Origin: a virus | Taxonomy: Duplodnaviria; Caudoviricetes | Virus record (IMG/VR): IMGVR_UViG_3300028586_000778 | Coordinates: 1 to 51,457 of that record | Reading direction: 5' to 3' (one strand) | DNA: 51,457 nt | In this document: one piece after another, positions 9,902-19,366 of the stretch | Layout: every line of letters begins with the position of its first letter | How positions within the stretch are numbered: position 1 is the first letter of the stretch | The notes under the pieces: model-generated | Told to the model about the DNA's origin: nothing | Seen by the model: the letters and a program-made list of their open reading frames with translations, nothing else | The model's database searches: none | Translations under genes and position numbers: made by a program

Positions 9902-10219
9902 TCAATCCTTGCCGCGCATCGCTTCGAGCGCAGCGTCCTCCATCACCTGGAGGTCTTCGTCCAACTGGTTGTATTCCTCGCGCGTCAGGCCCATCCGATC
10001 AATGCGGCTGTAGGCAACGAGAAAATTTAGCCCGATCGGGCCGCCCATCGGGGCGAGCACCCATTGCTTGCGCAGGCCATAGAACAACTCATAGGCCCGC
10101 ACGTTTTCAGGCCAGATTTCGACTGGATCCGCCGCCAAGTCCTCCAGCGTCAGGCCCGCCACCGCCAGTTCGGCTTCGGAGGGCTCTGGCGCATAGAGGG
10201 CCGAGGCGACGGCCTTTAG
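9902..10219 (-). CDS. Tail assembly chaperone T part (DUF1799-like), likely reached by -1 frameshift from G
   Basis: VEIWPEN...QW..APMGGPIGLNF...LQVMEDAAL motif; no own start; in the -1 frame of the G gene end. Confidence 0.8.
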   Translation of the reverse strand, partial: LKAVASALYAPEPSEAELAVAGLTLEDLAADPVEIWPENVRAYELFYGLRKQWVLAPMGGPIGLNFLVAYSRIDRMGLTREEYNQLDEDLQVMEDAALEAMRGKD

Positions 10220-10533
10220 TTTTTTGCGCGGGCGCCGGTGATCTCGGCGATGTACTTGTCGAGGATCGCGCGCGCTGCGCCCATGTAGCGCTGCACCAGC
10301 TTGCCGACCTGGTCCTTGCTGAAGGTCTCTTCCAGATCCCAGCCGGCCAGGATGTCCATCAGCGCGTCGACGTCTTCGGCGCCGGCCAGGTTCTCGACGA
10401 ACTCCTTGAAGTCGTCGCGGTTCATCCACTTGAAAGTGAATTCGACGTCGGCGGTCTTGCCGCCCGGGACTGGAATCGCAGCGACAGCGGTGAAGGTGGC
10501 GACGGCGGCCAGGGAGAGTTTTGCTTTTGCCAT
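10216..10533 (-). CDS. Tail assembly chaperone G
   Basis: 105 aa between tail tube and tape measure; ILAGWDLEETF motif; ends GARAKN. Confidence 0.85.
   Translation of the reverse strand: MAKAKLSLAAVATFTAVAAIPVPGGKTADVEFTFKWMNRDDFKEFVENLAGAEDVDALMDILAGWDLEETFSKDQVGKLVQRYMGAARAILDKYIAEITGARAKN
10219..10225 (-). other. Programmed -1 frameshift slippery site A AAA AAC
   Basis: Minus strand GCA AAA AAC TAA at the end of G; -1 slip opens KLKAVASAL of the T frame. Confidence 0.85.
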
Positions 10534-10637
10534 GATGGTTTTCTTTCAGATGATAGTGAGACAGGAAAAAGACCGCGAGGAGCGACCCCGCGGCAAAAGG
10601 CCAGCGCCGACCGTTCGACGCCGGCTGGCAACACGGT

Positions 10638-11270
10638 TTAGTAGCGGACGACCTTGTTCTGCAGCGAGAAGATCGACTTCACCGCCATGACGCTGCCCTT
10701 GGCCAGGCTCGGCGACTCGTTGAACGAGCAGTAGCCGGCGTACAGCAGCACGCCACCGCCCGGCAGCATGCCGCGCAGGCAGGTCAGCTTCACGCCGTCC
10801 GAAACCGCCTTCAGTGCAGCGTGGTGCGGCAGCGACTTGTCGTCGGCGGTGGTCAGGGTGACCGTGGTCGCGGTGAAGCCGTCCGGCAGCATGACCGGCA
10901 TGTTGGTGTCGAGCAGCGGCACTTCGACGTTCTTGCCGTCGCCGCCGGCGACGTCCGCACTCACCACGCCGGTGACTGGCACCCAGGTGGTGATCTTGCG
11001 AACGGTGCCAGTGCCGGCGCCGACCGGGAACAGTGAGGTGTCGGTGGTGTCCAGGCCTTCGAAGGTGAACGACGTGCCCGACGCGGCTTTCGCGCGGAAG
11101 ACACGGCCGGTTGCTTGGCTCCAGCCGCCGGTATATTCGAAGTAGTCACCGGCGGCGAGCGTGTTGGTTGCGGTCGCGACGGCTTCGGACGCATTGCTCA
11201 TTGCGGTGATGCTGATCGCGGTCGCAAAGACGGATGCGAGGGCGAACGCGATGTTGTTGGGCAGTTGCAT
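10638..11270 (-). CDS. Major tail tube protein
   Basis: MQLPN start; ITAMSNASEAVAT, FTFEGLDTTDT..FP.G.G.GTVRKIT.W motifs; position after tail terminator. Confidence 0.85.
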   Translation of the reverse strand: MQLPNNIAFALASVFATAISITAMSNASEAVATATNTLAAGDYFEYTGGWSQATGRVFRAKAASGTSFTFEGLDTTDTSLFPVGAGTGTVRKITTWVPVTGVVSADVAGGDGKNVEVPLLDTNMPVMLPDGFTATTVTLTTADDKSLPHHAALKAVSDGVKLTCLRGMLPGGGVLLYAGYCSFNESPSLAKGSVMAVKSIFSLQNKVVRY

Positions 11271-11325
11271 AAGGGCCTTCCAAAAGAAAAAGGCCCGTCT
11301 CCGGGCCAGTTGCGCCCGAACGGGC

Positions 11326-11360
11326 AAAAAAAAAGCCGCCCGGATTGCGCGGGCGGCTTG
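11326..11360 (-). terminator. Intrinsic terminator upstream of tail tube gene
   Basis: Minus strand AAGCCGCCCG-CGCAATC-CGGGCGGCTT followed by a long T run. Confidence 0.7.
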
Positions 11361-11381
11361 GAATGAAGGGGTGTTACTGAG

Positions 11382-11732
11382 TCAGCAGAAGATCATGAAG
11401 TCCTGCATGGTCCCGCGGTAGGTTGTGGCTTCGTCGTATCGGGCCACGCGGCCGGTCGCCACTTCGGGCTGGAGGTGCACTGCAGCGCGCAGCGCATCCT
11501 CGACCTGGGCGCCGAGGGCCGATGCGTCGACGCGCGTGTCCGCCCAGCAGTTCACCTGCATGCGGACCGGCTGCTTCTGAGGGCGGTCGCCACTCAGGTA
11601 ATTGACTGGATCTCCGCCGGCTGCCTGATACGTGATGTATGGGCGGGGCGTGTCAGGCTCCGCGATGTCGGGAAAGACTCGGCCTTCCGCCAGGTCCTGC
11701 AGCACGGCGAAGATCAGTTCCTCAGCGGTCAT
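11382..11732 (-). CDS. Tail terminator protein (DUF3168-like)
   Basis: RVFPD.A...TPRPYITYQ...RMQVNCWA motifs; synteny. Confidence 0.85.
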   Translation of the reverse strand: MTAEELIFAVLQDLAEGRVFPDIAEPDTPRPYITYQAAGGDPVNYLSGDRPQKQPVRMQVNCWADTRVDASALGAQVEDALRAAVHLQPEVATGRVARYDEATTYRGTMQDFMIFC

Positions 11733-12271
11733 TTCGAGTTCCTTGCAATCTGCTCAGCGAGCGTGCGCGTCATGACGTCGACTGCCGCCTGCTTCTTGCT
11801 ATCGTAAGCGGGACGCATGAAGGGATATGCCGGCACGGTGGCGGAGCCAAACTCCAGCTCTTCCGCTTTTTTTTGCCAGTATTTGGCCTCGCGAGCTCTA
11901 TGCGCCTTCCAGCCCACTACTCGTCCGGTCTTCGCACTCACGGTCTTGTTTTTCCTGACCTTGGCGTGTCCGCCCTCGACAAATTTCCAGTAGAACGCAT
12001 CGGCGCCGCCGAACCGCCCGCTGCGAACGGTCACCAAGTACACCTGGCGGATGGAGCCGTCAGACTCTTCCTCGACCCGCTTGACGATGATGCTTCGGTG
12101 GATGGTGAAAGTCTTCGCGTGCGCCAAGGCGTTCCGCTTCGCCTCCTCTCGGAAGAGCTCGGCGCCGGAGAACCCCGTGGCGCGCAATGTCTCCTCGCCG
12201 GTAGCAGCCTTGACCTGCTCGACGGTCTGCTGAACAGCTTCCGTGAGGCTTGATGCGTCAAAGTCGATCAT
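11729..12271 (-). CDS. HK97 gp10-like tail/neck protein
   Basis: AFYWKFVEGGH and PAYPFMRPAYD motifs; start MIDFDAS overlapping previous stop. Confidence 0.85.
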   Translation of the reverse strand: MIDFDASSLTEAVQQTVEQVKAATGEETLRATGFSGAELFREEAKRNALAHAKTFTIHRSIIVKRVEEESDGSIRQVYLVTVRSGRFGGADAFYWKFVEGGHAKVRKNKTVSAKTGRVVGWKAHRAREAKYWQKKAEELEFGSATVPAYPFMRPAYDSKKQAAVDVMTRTLAEQIARNSK

Positions 12272-12573
12272 TTGACGCTCTCGCAGACCAGGAACATGTA
12301 ATCGCGATCCTTCGAGTCCGGCAGCACCGCCTTGATGTCGTAATCGAGGCCTAGGTAGCGCGCGCCCATCGACGCATCGACGTCGGCGCGCTTCCGGATC
12401 CGGATCGAGCACTTCACGATCGACACATCGGCGTCCGCGCGCATCACTTCGGCGCCGGTCTGGAACAGCACGTCCGCCCACAGCGATCGCGCGACCTCCC
12501 AGCCCTTAGCGCGCTGGCCGGCTGCGTCTCGGCCGGCGCCGCGCTTGAGCAGTTGGATTCGGTGATTCAGCAT
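12268..12573 (-). CDS. Head closure (SPP1 gp16-like) protein
   Basis: LNHRIQL..RDAAGQ...W..LWADV...IRIR...YDIKAVLPD; synteny. Confidence 0.85.
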   Translation of the reverse strand: MLNHRIQLLKRGAGRDAAGQRAKGWEVARSLWADVLFQTGAEVMRADADVSIVKCSIRIRKRADVDASMGARYLGLDYDIKAVLPDSKDRDYMFLVCESVK

Positions 12574-13130
12574 CCGTGCACCACTTCCGGCCAGAGCAGC
12601 CGCTTCACATGTTCGCTTTTGGGCTGACCGCCGGTCTGGAAATGCTCGCTCAGACGCGCCACGATGAAGCCGGCGATGGCATCCGGCACCAAGCTCGGGT
12701 CCGTACCGTAGCCGCACGTGATCTGCACCTGGACGGCGTTGATCCGGCGCGCCGGCGTTGGCCAGGCGCGCCCGGGCGCCAAGACGATCTCTCCCGGCTC
12801 ACGCTCGCCATCGACCTGGTAGTCCTCCGGATGCAGTGTCTGCTGCACGCCGGCGGCGTCGATGAACTTGATGTGGTCGACCTGCAGCAGCGGCGGCCGG
12901 CGCAGTTCGAACTTTGTCGGGAAGGCGTCGAGCGTCAGGCGCCAGGTCTGTTGCATGATCGCGCGGTTGGTTTCACCCTCTGCTTCCGCGGTGTAGGTGC
13001 GCATCGCGCGTTGAATCTCGGCGTCGAGCGGCGAGGTGCCATCTTCTTCAACGTCGACCCGGGCCGCCACGCGCGCCTCATCCATCGAGACGGCGAGCGC
13101 CGTGGGCGGGGTGATCAGCTTCCAGCTCAT
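12567..13130 (-). CDS. Head-tail connector/adaptor (phiE125 gp8-like)
   Basis: ITPP..AVSMDEAR, RAIMQQTWRLTLDAFP, AVQVQITCGYG, VPDAI motifs. Confidence 0.85.
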   Translation of the reverse strand: MSWKLITPPTALAVSMDEARVAARVDVEEDGTSPLDAEIQRAMRTYTAEAEGETNRAIMQQTWRLTLDAFPTKFELRRPPLLQVDHIKFIDAAGVQQTLHPEDYQVDGEREPGEIVLAPGRAWPTPARRINAVQVQITCGYGTDPSLVPDAIAGFIVARLSEHFQTGGQPKSEHVKRLLWPEVVHGC

Positions 13131-13270
13131 CGGACGGTTCCTTGTGTTGCATCAGGCCGGACCGGTGCCTGATGGCTGCCGGCCGGCGCGCGCGCGTACT
13201 GCACGACCTGCTGCTGTTCCTTCTGCAGCACCTCGTTCGGCACGCGCGGCAGTTGCGATGCGTCGATCAT
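13127..13270 (-). CDS. Small hypothetical protein (47 aa)
   Basis: MIDASQLPRV...; overlaps both neighbours' stop/start codons. Confidence 0.5.
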   Translation of the reverse strand: MIDASQLPRVPNEVLQKEQQQVVQYARAPAGSHQAPVRPDATQGTVR

Positions 13271-16200
13271 CAGTTGTCCACCCTGTTGAAGTGAATGACT
13301 CGGAAAAACTTCTCGCCGTTGGTGCAGAGAAATGGCAGCGTGCAGTGGTTCAGCGGATCGGCAGAGGTGTCCATGCCACCGGCCTTGACCAGGATCAGCC
13401 CGCCCTGGGCGACCGGCTGCTCCAGCACCGTGACGCCGACCGGGATTGCCGCGAGCGCGGCGTTGATCTGCGTGTTGCTGTCGGCCAGGATGTGGGCGAC
13501 GTCCGCGACGAAGTAGCGCTTGTCGTCCGGATCCTTGCTGACCGCCCACACGCCCTGGAGCTTGGCGAACCAGATCGTGCGGTCGAGCTGCTCCCCGTTG
13601 GCCAGCGTGATGCGCAGGGTGCAATAGTTCTCCGCACCCGGCGCCTCGCTCAGCCCGCCGATCTTCACCGGGATCAGGGTGCCCTGAACAACTGGCTCTT
13701 CCAGCAGCGTCACCCCGGCAACCACCGCAACCACGGAAATGGCGACCGCCTTGCTCTCCGCCACATCGAAGGAAACGTCCGCCACACAGTAGAACTCGTC
13801 CAGCGGGTGCTTGTTGATCGTCCACCTGCTGTTTTCCTGGTAGGGGCCACCTGGAACCGCCGCAGCGTTCGGGCCGAAGACCACAACCCGCGTTCCGCCG
13901 GGGAACACGACCTTGCGGCCGGGCGCCACTTTCGATGCATCGAAGCTGTCCTGCGCCGGTGGCTGGTTGGCCTCCGTGGTGAAGCTCTTCGCTAGCGGCT
14001 CCGACCGGTTGCCGGCGGCGTCGTAGGCGCGCACGCGCACCTGATACGTCGTTGCCGCAGCCAATGCCGAAACGGCGAAGGACCGCGACAGCCCGGCGTT
14101 CACGTAGCTCGTGCCGCCGTTGATGCTGTACTCGTAACCGGCCACGCCGACATTGTCGGTCGCCGCCTGGAACGCCAGCGTCGCGCCGCTCGTGGTGATG
14201 CCGGTGATGCTGATCGTGCCGGCCATGACCGGCGCCGTCGTATCCGGCTCTGGCACCACGCCGGTATCTGGCTCGACAGCCATATCCGTCTCAGCCAGGA
14301 GGGGCAGAGGCTGCGCGGCGCTACCATAAATCGGGGTGCCGACAGCTGGCGCCGAGCCGGCCAGGTACTGCAGCGTCTCGACAGGCCGATCGCAGCGCAC
14401 GCGCAACAGGCTCGCATTGACGCGATCCACGCCGAGCACCGTGATCGGCTGCTTGTCGAAGCCGGCACCGGTAAAGCCGGTGGCCGACGCAGGCACGTTG
14501 AGGTCCGTCGAACCACGGTGTGTGACTCGCACCAGCACGTCGTTGCCGGATGCGGTCATGCCGCTGATGTACGGCGATCCCATCGGCACACCGTCGTAAA
14601 TCGTCGAGCCGGACTGGAAAGAGCTGCGCACGTTCAGCGCAGGGTACCCGGCTGCCGATGGCGACAGGTGGGTACCGTCGCTCGTCAGCATGAGGAAATC
14701 CAGCGTCTGCACGTGGATCACGAACGGATCCTTGCCCACGTCGCTTTCGGCCATTCGCACCATGTTCGATTGGGCATCGAACGCCGCCTTCGAGAGGACG
14801 CTAGTGCTGTACGCGGTGCGCCGGTTGTAGCCGACCAGCACGATCCATAGCTGCTGATTTCCAGCCAGGTCGCGCACGCGCTGGATAAGGGTGCGCAGGT
14901 TGGCCGCGTGCTGCTCTCGGCTCTGCACAAGACCCGTGGCGGCGTCGTTCGAACCTACCGTGATCACGCAGCTGGAGAATCCGCCTACGTCAGCCACATC
15001 GGCGACGAACATGGTCCAGCCGACATAGCCGAGGTTGAGCCAGTCCTTCAGCGTGCTGCCGCCTCGGCCCGAGTCGATCATCCCGAATGGGACACCTGAC
15101 TTTTCCGCGAGCGCGTTGGCGGCAATGATCGCGCCCCCATCTGTGCCGAACGGGCGCCACGCGACACCGTCGTAGTAAGACACGTCGTCGCGTGGAGTCA
15201 GGCCTGTGCCGGACGAACTCGTAAATCCTCGCTCAGCGCCGCTCGACCCGATCCAGGCTTGGATGTCACCTACACCAATGCGGTTGCTGCTGACATCGGT
15301 GCGCGCCAGCTCGACGCCGGCTTTCATGCTGCGCTCGATCAGGTGGTACATTCCGCCGGCCTGGACCTGCGGCGCGGCCTGCCACGTATTGGCGCCGATC
15401 GTGGCGTTCGTGTTCGCCCAGTCCTGGATGACGTCAACGCTGTTCGCGCCCAGGACGCGCTGTTCGATGCTGTCTGGCGTGGTGCCAGCGAAGGCGCCTG
15501 ACACCGCCACGGCAACGGCGGCGCTACCGATCACGCGCTGCACGATCCGATTTACCGGCAGCGTGTTCAGGGAAAGCGTACTGCCCGGCTGCGGCTCTGG
15601 TTGTGGCTCTGGCTCTGGTTCGGTTTCCGGGTCAGGATCAGGCGTCGTGCCGCCGCCGGTGAAGTTGTACGCAGGCTCGGCGCTGGTGGTTGGAGAGCCC
15701 GTCTTTGTGAACGGCAGCTTGTTCGGACCAACGTCGATGATATCGTCGGCAGTCGCCATGCGCACGTAGACCGCCGGAACCTTTTTCAGATCGGTGAGCA
15801 GGTCTTCGCCGTTGGCCATGCGTGCGACTTCATCCAAGGTGAAATTGGTGCGCAAGACAGCGGTACGGCTTTGAGACTGGTCGCTTCGACGGTTGGCGGC
15901 ACCGTCTGCGCGCGATCCAATCATGAAAACAGACCCGCTCAATTCCTTGATCAGAGCGGGACTCGTGCTCGAACCTTCCAGCACTACATTCGCGGCCGTA
16001 GCCACAACGCCAGCGACGATGGGGCAGCGGTAAAGATAGGCGGTCGTCCCGTCACACTGCACCAAGTATTGATGCTCACCTTGCGTCAGCTTTGTGGCAG
16101 CAACGATCGGTGCATTGGCCGTCGCCGTCACGGTGTCAGCGAACACCACGATGCGCCCTTGAAGACTCCCGATAGTTGAACCGGACGTATAGAAGGCGAT

Positions 16201-16392
16201 GTTCAGCGAACCAGCTGCACCGAAATTGCCGGTTGAAATAACGTATTGCGGCTGGTCGCCGGTCACGACGCCGTCGTAGCGAAGCGTGAACGGGATCGCC
16301 CATAGCTGCCCCTGCCCCGTCGGGAGCGTCAGCAGCGGGTTGGCCGGGGTCGAAAGAGACTGGTTGCCAGCGGCGCGATTATTCTTGATCAT
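13270..16392 (-). CDS. Multidomain protein: LamG-like N-terminus, Pro/Glu linker, SGNH (sialate O-acetylesterase-like) domain, Fn3 domain, two C-terminal adaptor-like repeats
   Basis: SGNH blocks GDIQAWIGSSG, GRGGS, GSND, DGTH; Fn3 ATDNVGVAGYEY...TTYQVRVRAYDAAGNRS; repeats KHPLDEFY..ADV and KDPDDKRY..ADV. Confidence 0.75.
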   Translation of the reverse strand: MIKNNRAAGNQSLSTPANPLLTLPTGQGQLWAIPFTLRYDGVVTGDQPQYVISTGNFGAAGSLNIAFYTSGSTIGSLQGRIVVFADTVTATANAPIVAATKLTQGEHQYLVQCDGTTAYLYRCPIVAGVVATAANVVLEGSSTSPALIKELSGSVFMIGSRADGAANRRSDQSQSRTAVLRTNFTLDEVARMANGEDLLTDLKKVPAVYVRMATADDIIDVGPNKLPFTKTGSPTTSAEPAYNFTGGGTTPDPDPETEPEPEPQPEPQPGSTLSLNTLPVNRIVQRVIGSAAVAVAVSGAFAGTTPDSIEQRVLGANSVDVIQDWANTNATIGANTWQAAPQVQAGGMYHLIERSMKAGVELARTDVSSNRIGVGDIQAWIGSSGAERGFTSSSGTGLTPRDDVSYYDGVAWRPFGTDGGAIIAANALAEKSGVPFGMIDSGRGGSTLKDWLNLGYVGWTMFVADVADVGGFSSCVITVGSNDAATGLVQSREQHAANLRTLIQRVRDLAGNQQLWIVLVGYNRRTAYSTSVLSKAAFDAQSNMVRMAESDVGKDPFVIHVQTLDFLMLTSDGTHLSPSAAGYPALNVRSSFQSGSTIYDGVPMGSPYISGMTASGNDVLVRVTHRGSTDLNVPASATGFTGAGFDKQPITVLGVDRVNASLLRVRCDRPVETLQYLAGSAPAVGTPIYGSAAQPLPLLAETDMAVEPDTGVVPEPDTTAPVMAGTISITGITTSGATLAFQAATDNVGVAGYEYSINGGTSYVNAGLSRSFAVSALAAATTYQVRVRAYDAAGNRSEPLAKSFTTEANQPPAQDSFDASKVAPGRKVVFPGGTRVVVFGPNAAAVPGGPYQENSRWTINKHPLDEFYCVADVSFDVAESKAVAISVVAVVAGVTLLEEPVVQGTLIPVKIGGLSEAPGAENYCTLRITLANGEQLDRTIWFAKLQGVWAVSKDPDDKRYFVADVAHILADSNTQINAALAAIPVGVTVLEQPVAQGGLILVKAGGMDTSADPLNHCTLPFLCTNGEKFFRVIHFNRVDN

Positions 16393-16474
16393 GGGCGGCC
16401 TACTGGTCAGGGGTTCAAAAGGCGCTCGCGCACGAACGCCAGCAGCTCCTCATCGGACTTGCCGACGGGCGCCG

Positions 16475-16729
16475 CTATAGCGAAATGGTTCTCATCCGGC
16501 CGTGCCGCTCAAGCATCACCGTGGTGATGCCGCGCTCGCGCAGCAGCTCGAGCGTCTTCTCCCACGTCTCGCGGTCGACGGTGCCGACGGCGCCGTGCAG
16601 GTAGACGGTTTTGTCGGTCAGGTGCGTCACCGTGACAATGGCCAGGTACGGACGCCGGTTTTCGTATCCGCCCGGCTGGTCGTAGGCACGGATTGCCGAC
16701 GTCTGCGGGGTCATCGTCAGGTGGATCAT
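16475..16729 (-). CDS. Hypothetical protein (84 aa)
   Basis: ORF in operon orientation with GGAG RBS; alpha/beta pattern, no family recognised. Confidence 0.6.
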   Translation of the reverse strand: MIHLTMTPQTSAIRAYDQPGGYENRRPYLAIVTVTHLTDKTVYLHGAVGTVDRETWEKTLELLRERGITTVMLERHGRMRTISL

Positions 16730-16794
16730 GCTGATCTCCGACTTCTGGTATTCGGGCTGCGCGCCAAGAGGCGACGCCGGGAGGGACGACCGGC

Positions 16795-16944
16795 TTACTT
16801 GGCCGTTTTGACGGACTTTTCTTCCGCCTTGACTTCCTTGACGACTCCACCTTCGATCAGGCGCTTGGCCTGCTCGGCATCGAAACCGGCGATATCGCCG
16901 GGGCTGTAGATTTTCCAGGGCTTGATGAATTCGACCGATTGCAT
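16795..16944 (-). CDS. Small capsid-adjacent protein (49 aa)
   Basis: Not in ORF track; MQSVEFIKPWKIYSPGDIAGFDAEQAKRLIEGGVVKEV...; AGGA RBS; YxPGD..F....A..LI..G pattern common after HK97-type capsid genes. Confidence 0.75.
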   Translation of the reverse strand: MQSVEFIKPWKIYSPGDIAGFDAEQAKRLIEGGVVKEVKAEEKSVKTAK

Positions 16945-17005
16945 GTTCAGTTCCTATTAGAGGGGTGAAGCCGACCCGCCGCAGCGGGCCGGTGCTCAGG
17001 CCGCG

Positions 17006-18337
17006 TTACGCGCCCCAGGTAACGCCGGTCAGGATCGCGATCGATTCCTGGTGGCGCGGGCCGAAGTCGTGTTTCGCGATGACGCGAACCAGGGTCTGGT
17101 CACGCTGGAAGGCACTGACCACGTTGCCCTGGTCGTCCTTGTAGGTCGCTTCCTTCGAGTAGTCGATCAGCAGTGTTTCGTCTTCGCCGATGAAGCAGTC
17201 GTTGAAGTCCACAAAGTACAGCTCCGACGCGTTCGAGCCGGCGCCCAGGTTGTTCGGGACCTGGGTGGTCTTGCCGATCGGGTAGCCCTTCAGGTTGCCA
17301 TCCTTCATCTCTGGATAGACCTTGTTGCCATTACCGTCACGCAGGCCTTCCAGGAAGCGGAAGGTACGCGGCGACATGATCCAGCCCGGCGCGCCCATGT
17401 TGGCGTTGACGCCTTCCAGGCACAGGATCAGCTTATTCAGATCGTTTTCGATCTTCTGCAGCGTGTCACCGGCCGAGGCGACGATCTTGAAGCCAGCCAG
17501 CGCCCAGGCCAGCAGGCCCTTCGGGGTATCGAGCGAGCCGTCGTCGCGGATGAATGCCTTGTCTTCGCGGGAGCTCATCGCTCCGGTCAGGTCGTCCACC
17601 ACGAGCTTGTCGACGTTCGGGCTGGTACCGGCATAGGCCAGCAGATCGTTCGAGATCGGGACCAGGCCGGTCAGCTTCTTGGCCGACAGCTTCAGGTTGT
17701 CGAAGGTCTGGCCAGTCGTCGGGATGTCGGTATCGCTGCCGATGTAGCCGACCACCGCGCCGCCTTTCAGGCGAGGCAGCGTGATGTTGCCATTGTTGAG
17801 CGGCAGCGAGCGCGCGCCCAGGCGGCGCACGACCGATTGCGGGCGCCACAGCTCGATCACTTCGCGGGCCATGTTCGATGGCACCAGGACGCCACCAGCG
17901 CCCGGGGTCAGGGTATTCAGTGCCATGGCCACTTCTTCGCCGAACTGGTTGTCCATGGCGAACTTGGCTGCGACCTGTTGATTGCCGCCGGCGACCACCA
18001 GCGCGCGGACCATGCGCGACATGCCGGCGCCTGGCAGCTCAGGGGCGCGTGGGCGAGCAGGCATGCTCGCTGGAGCAGCTGCTGCGGGCGGCGCGGCCGG
18101 CTGATGTACGGCACCCAGCGCGCGGTCGACCGGCACCGCAGCGGCGGCGGCGATGCTCTCGGCCGCTTCCATGCGGGTAATCTGCGCGGTCAGGTTGGCG
18201 AAGGCGGCCTGCAGGTCGGTGAATTCCTGCAACTGAGCAGCGGTGAGTTCGCCGCCGCCGGCTTCGATCAGGGCCAGAGCTTGGACGCTGGCGTTGACCT
18301 TGGCGCGTTCGCTGCGGAGTTCGTTGATGGTTGGCAT
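17006..18337 (-). CDS. Major capsid protein, HK97 fold
   Basis: Coiled-coil delta domain, GGVLVP, KLSAKKLTGLVPISNDLL, LRDGNGN, AFQRDQT motifs. Confidence 0.95.
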   Translation of the reverse strand: MPTINELRSERAKVNASVQALALIEAGGGELTAAQLQEFTDLQAAFANLTAQITRMEAAESIAAAAAVPVDRALGAVHQPAAPPAAAAPASMPARPRAPELPGAGMSRMVRALVVAGGNQQVAAKFAMDNQFGEEVAMALNTLTPGAGGVLVPSNMAREVIELWRPQSVVRRLGARSLPLNNGNITLPRLKGGAVVGYIGSDTDIPTTGQTFDNLKLSAKKLTGLVPISNDLLAYAGTSPNVDKLVVDDLTGAMSSREDKAFIRDDGSLDTPKGLLAWALAGFKIVASAGDTLQKIENDLNKLILCLEGVNANMGAPGWIMSPRTFRFLEGLRDGNGNKVYPEMKDGNLKGYPIGKTTQVPNNLGAGSNASELYFVDFNDCFIGEDETLLIDYSKEATYKDDQGNVVSAFQRDQTLVRVIAKHDFGPRHQESIAILTGVTWGA

Positions 18338-18356
18338 ATTGCCTCTCCTAGAGTGG

Positions 18357-18380
18357 AAAAAGCCGCCTCGAGGGCGGCTT
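18357..18380 (-). terminator. Intrinsic terminator between protease and capsid genes
   Basis: Minus strand AAGCCGCC-CTCGA-GGCGGCTTTTT. Confidence 0.6.
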
Positions 18381-18403
18381 GGTTGCTTGTCCCGCGAACG
18401 CGG

Positions 18404-19366
18404 TCAAATTTGGGATTGCATCGCCATCGCTTTCGCGCGGGCGCCGATGGATTGTTTCGTGCTGCGGGCGACGCGCGCCTCGCGCGCTTGGGTGGCAATG
18501 CGGTCAATGGCGGCCTGCGGAGTTTCGATACGATCGGCAAAGCCGATATCGACGCCCTGCTGCCCCATGAACACGCCAGCCTCGGTGCCGCGCACAGCGT
18601 CGGCGCTGGTTCCGCGGTACCGCGCGACAGCATCGACGAACTGGCCGTAGTAGCCCTGCACCATGTCGTTGAGGAACTTGAGCGATTGGTCGGACAGCGG
18701 CTCGTGCGGGCTCAGGTCGTTCTTGTGCGCGCCGGCGTAGACGGTGGTCACCTTGACGCCCATTTGCTCGTTGCGAGCCGAAACGTCCATGTGCTTGGCG
18801 ATTACGCCGACCGATCCGACGCCAGAGGTGCGCGACATCGACACGTTGCCGATCGCGGAGGCCAGCAGGTAGCCGGCCGAGTAGGCGCTGTAGTGGGTGA
18901 TCGCGCTCATCGGCTTCACGCCGCGGGCTTCGAACAGGAAGTCGGCCAGCTCGAAGGCTCCCACGGTGCTGCCGCCCGGGCTGTCGATGTCGAAAGCGAT
19001 CTGCTCGACGGCAGGATCCGCCAGCGCTGCGCTCACCTGGCCGCGCAGCTGCTCGTAGCTCGTCATGACCTCGCAGGGATTCATTTGCATGCTGCGACTC
19101 ACCAGCACGCCGTGGACCGGGATGATCGCGACTCCGGTGTCGGCGATCTGCTGGCGGCGCGCCGACTCGGCCCGCATTGCGGCAGTCTCATGTGCGCGGC
19201 CGTCGTCATCATCCATCATCTGCGGCTGCGCGCCGTTGACGCTCAGATTGACGATGTTCAGGCTCATCTGCTGGTTGGCCCAGGCTGCAGCCTGGTCCAG
19301 CATCGCCTCGGTCACCATCAGCGGCTGATTGAAGATCATGTCGGCGATGCGGAAACGGTTTTTCAT
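18404..19366 (-). CDS. Prohead protease, S49 family
   Basis: DIDSPGG, AYSAGYLLAS, VGSVGV, AGAHKND motifs; start MKNRFR overlaps portal stop. Confidence 0.92.
   Translation of the reverse strand: MKNRFRIADMIFNQPLMVTEAMLDQAAAWANQQMSLNIVNLSVNGAQPQMMDDDDGRAHETAAMRAESARRQQIADTGVAIIPVHGVLVSRSMQMNPCEVMTSYEQLRGQVSAALADPAVEQIAFDIDSPGGSTVGAFELADFLFEARGVKPMSAITHYSAYSAGYLLASAIGNVSMSRTSGVGSVGVIAKHMDVSARNEQMGVKVTTVYAGAHKNDLSPHEPLSDQSLKFLNDMVQGYYGQFVDAVARYRGTSADAVRGTEAGVFMGQQGVDIGFADRIETPQAAIDRIATQAREARVARSTKQSIGARAKAMAMQSQI

Noticed and set aside
15585-15650. Short tandem repeats as CRISPR or VNTR
   Set aside because: They encode the Pro/Glu linker; no repeat-spacer structure and no cas genes
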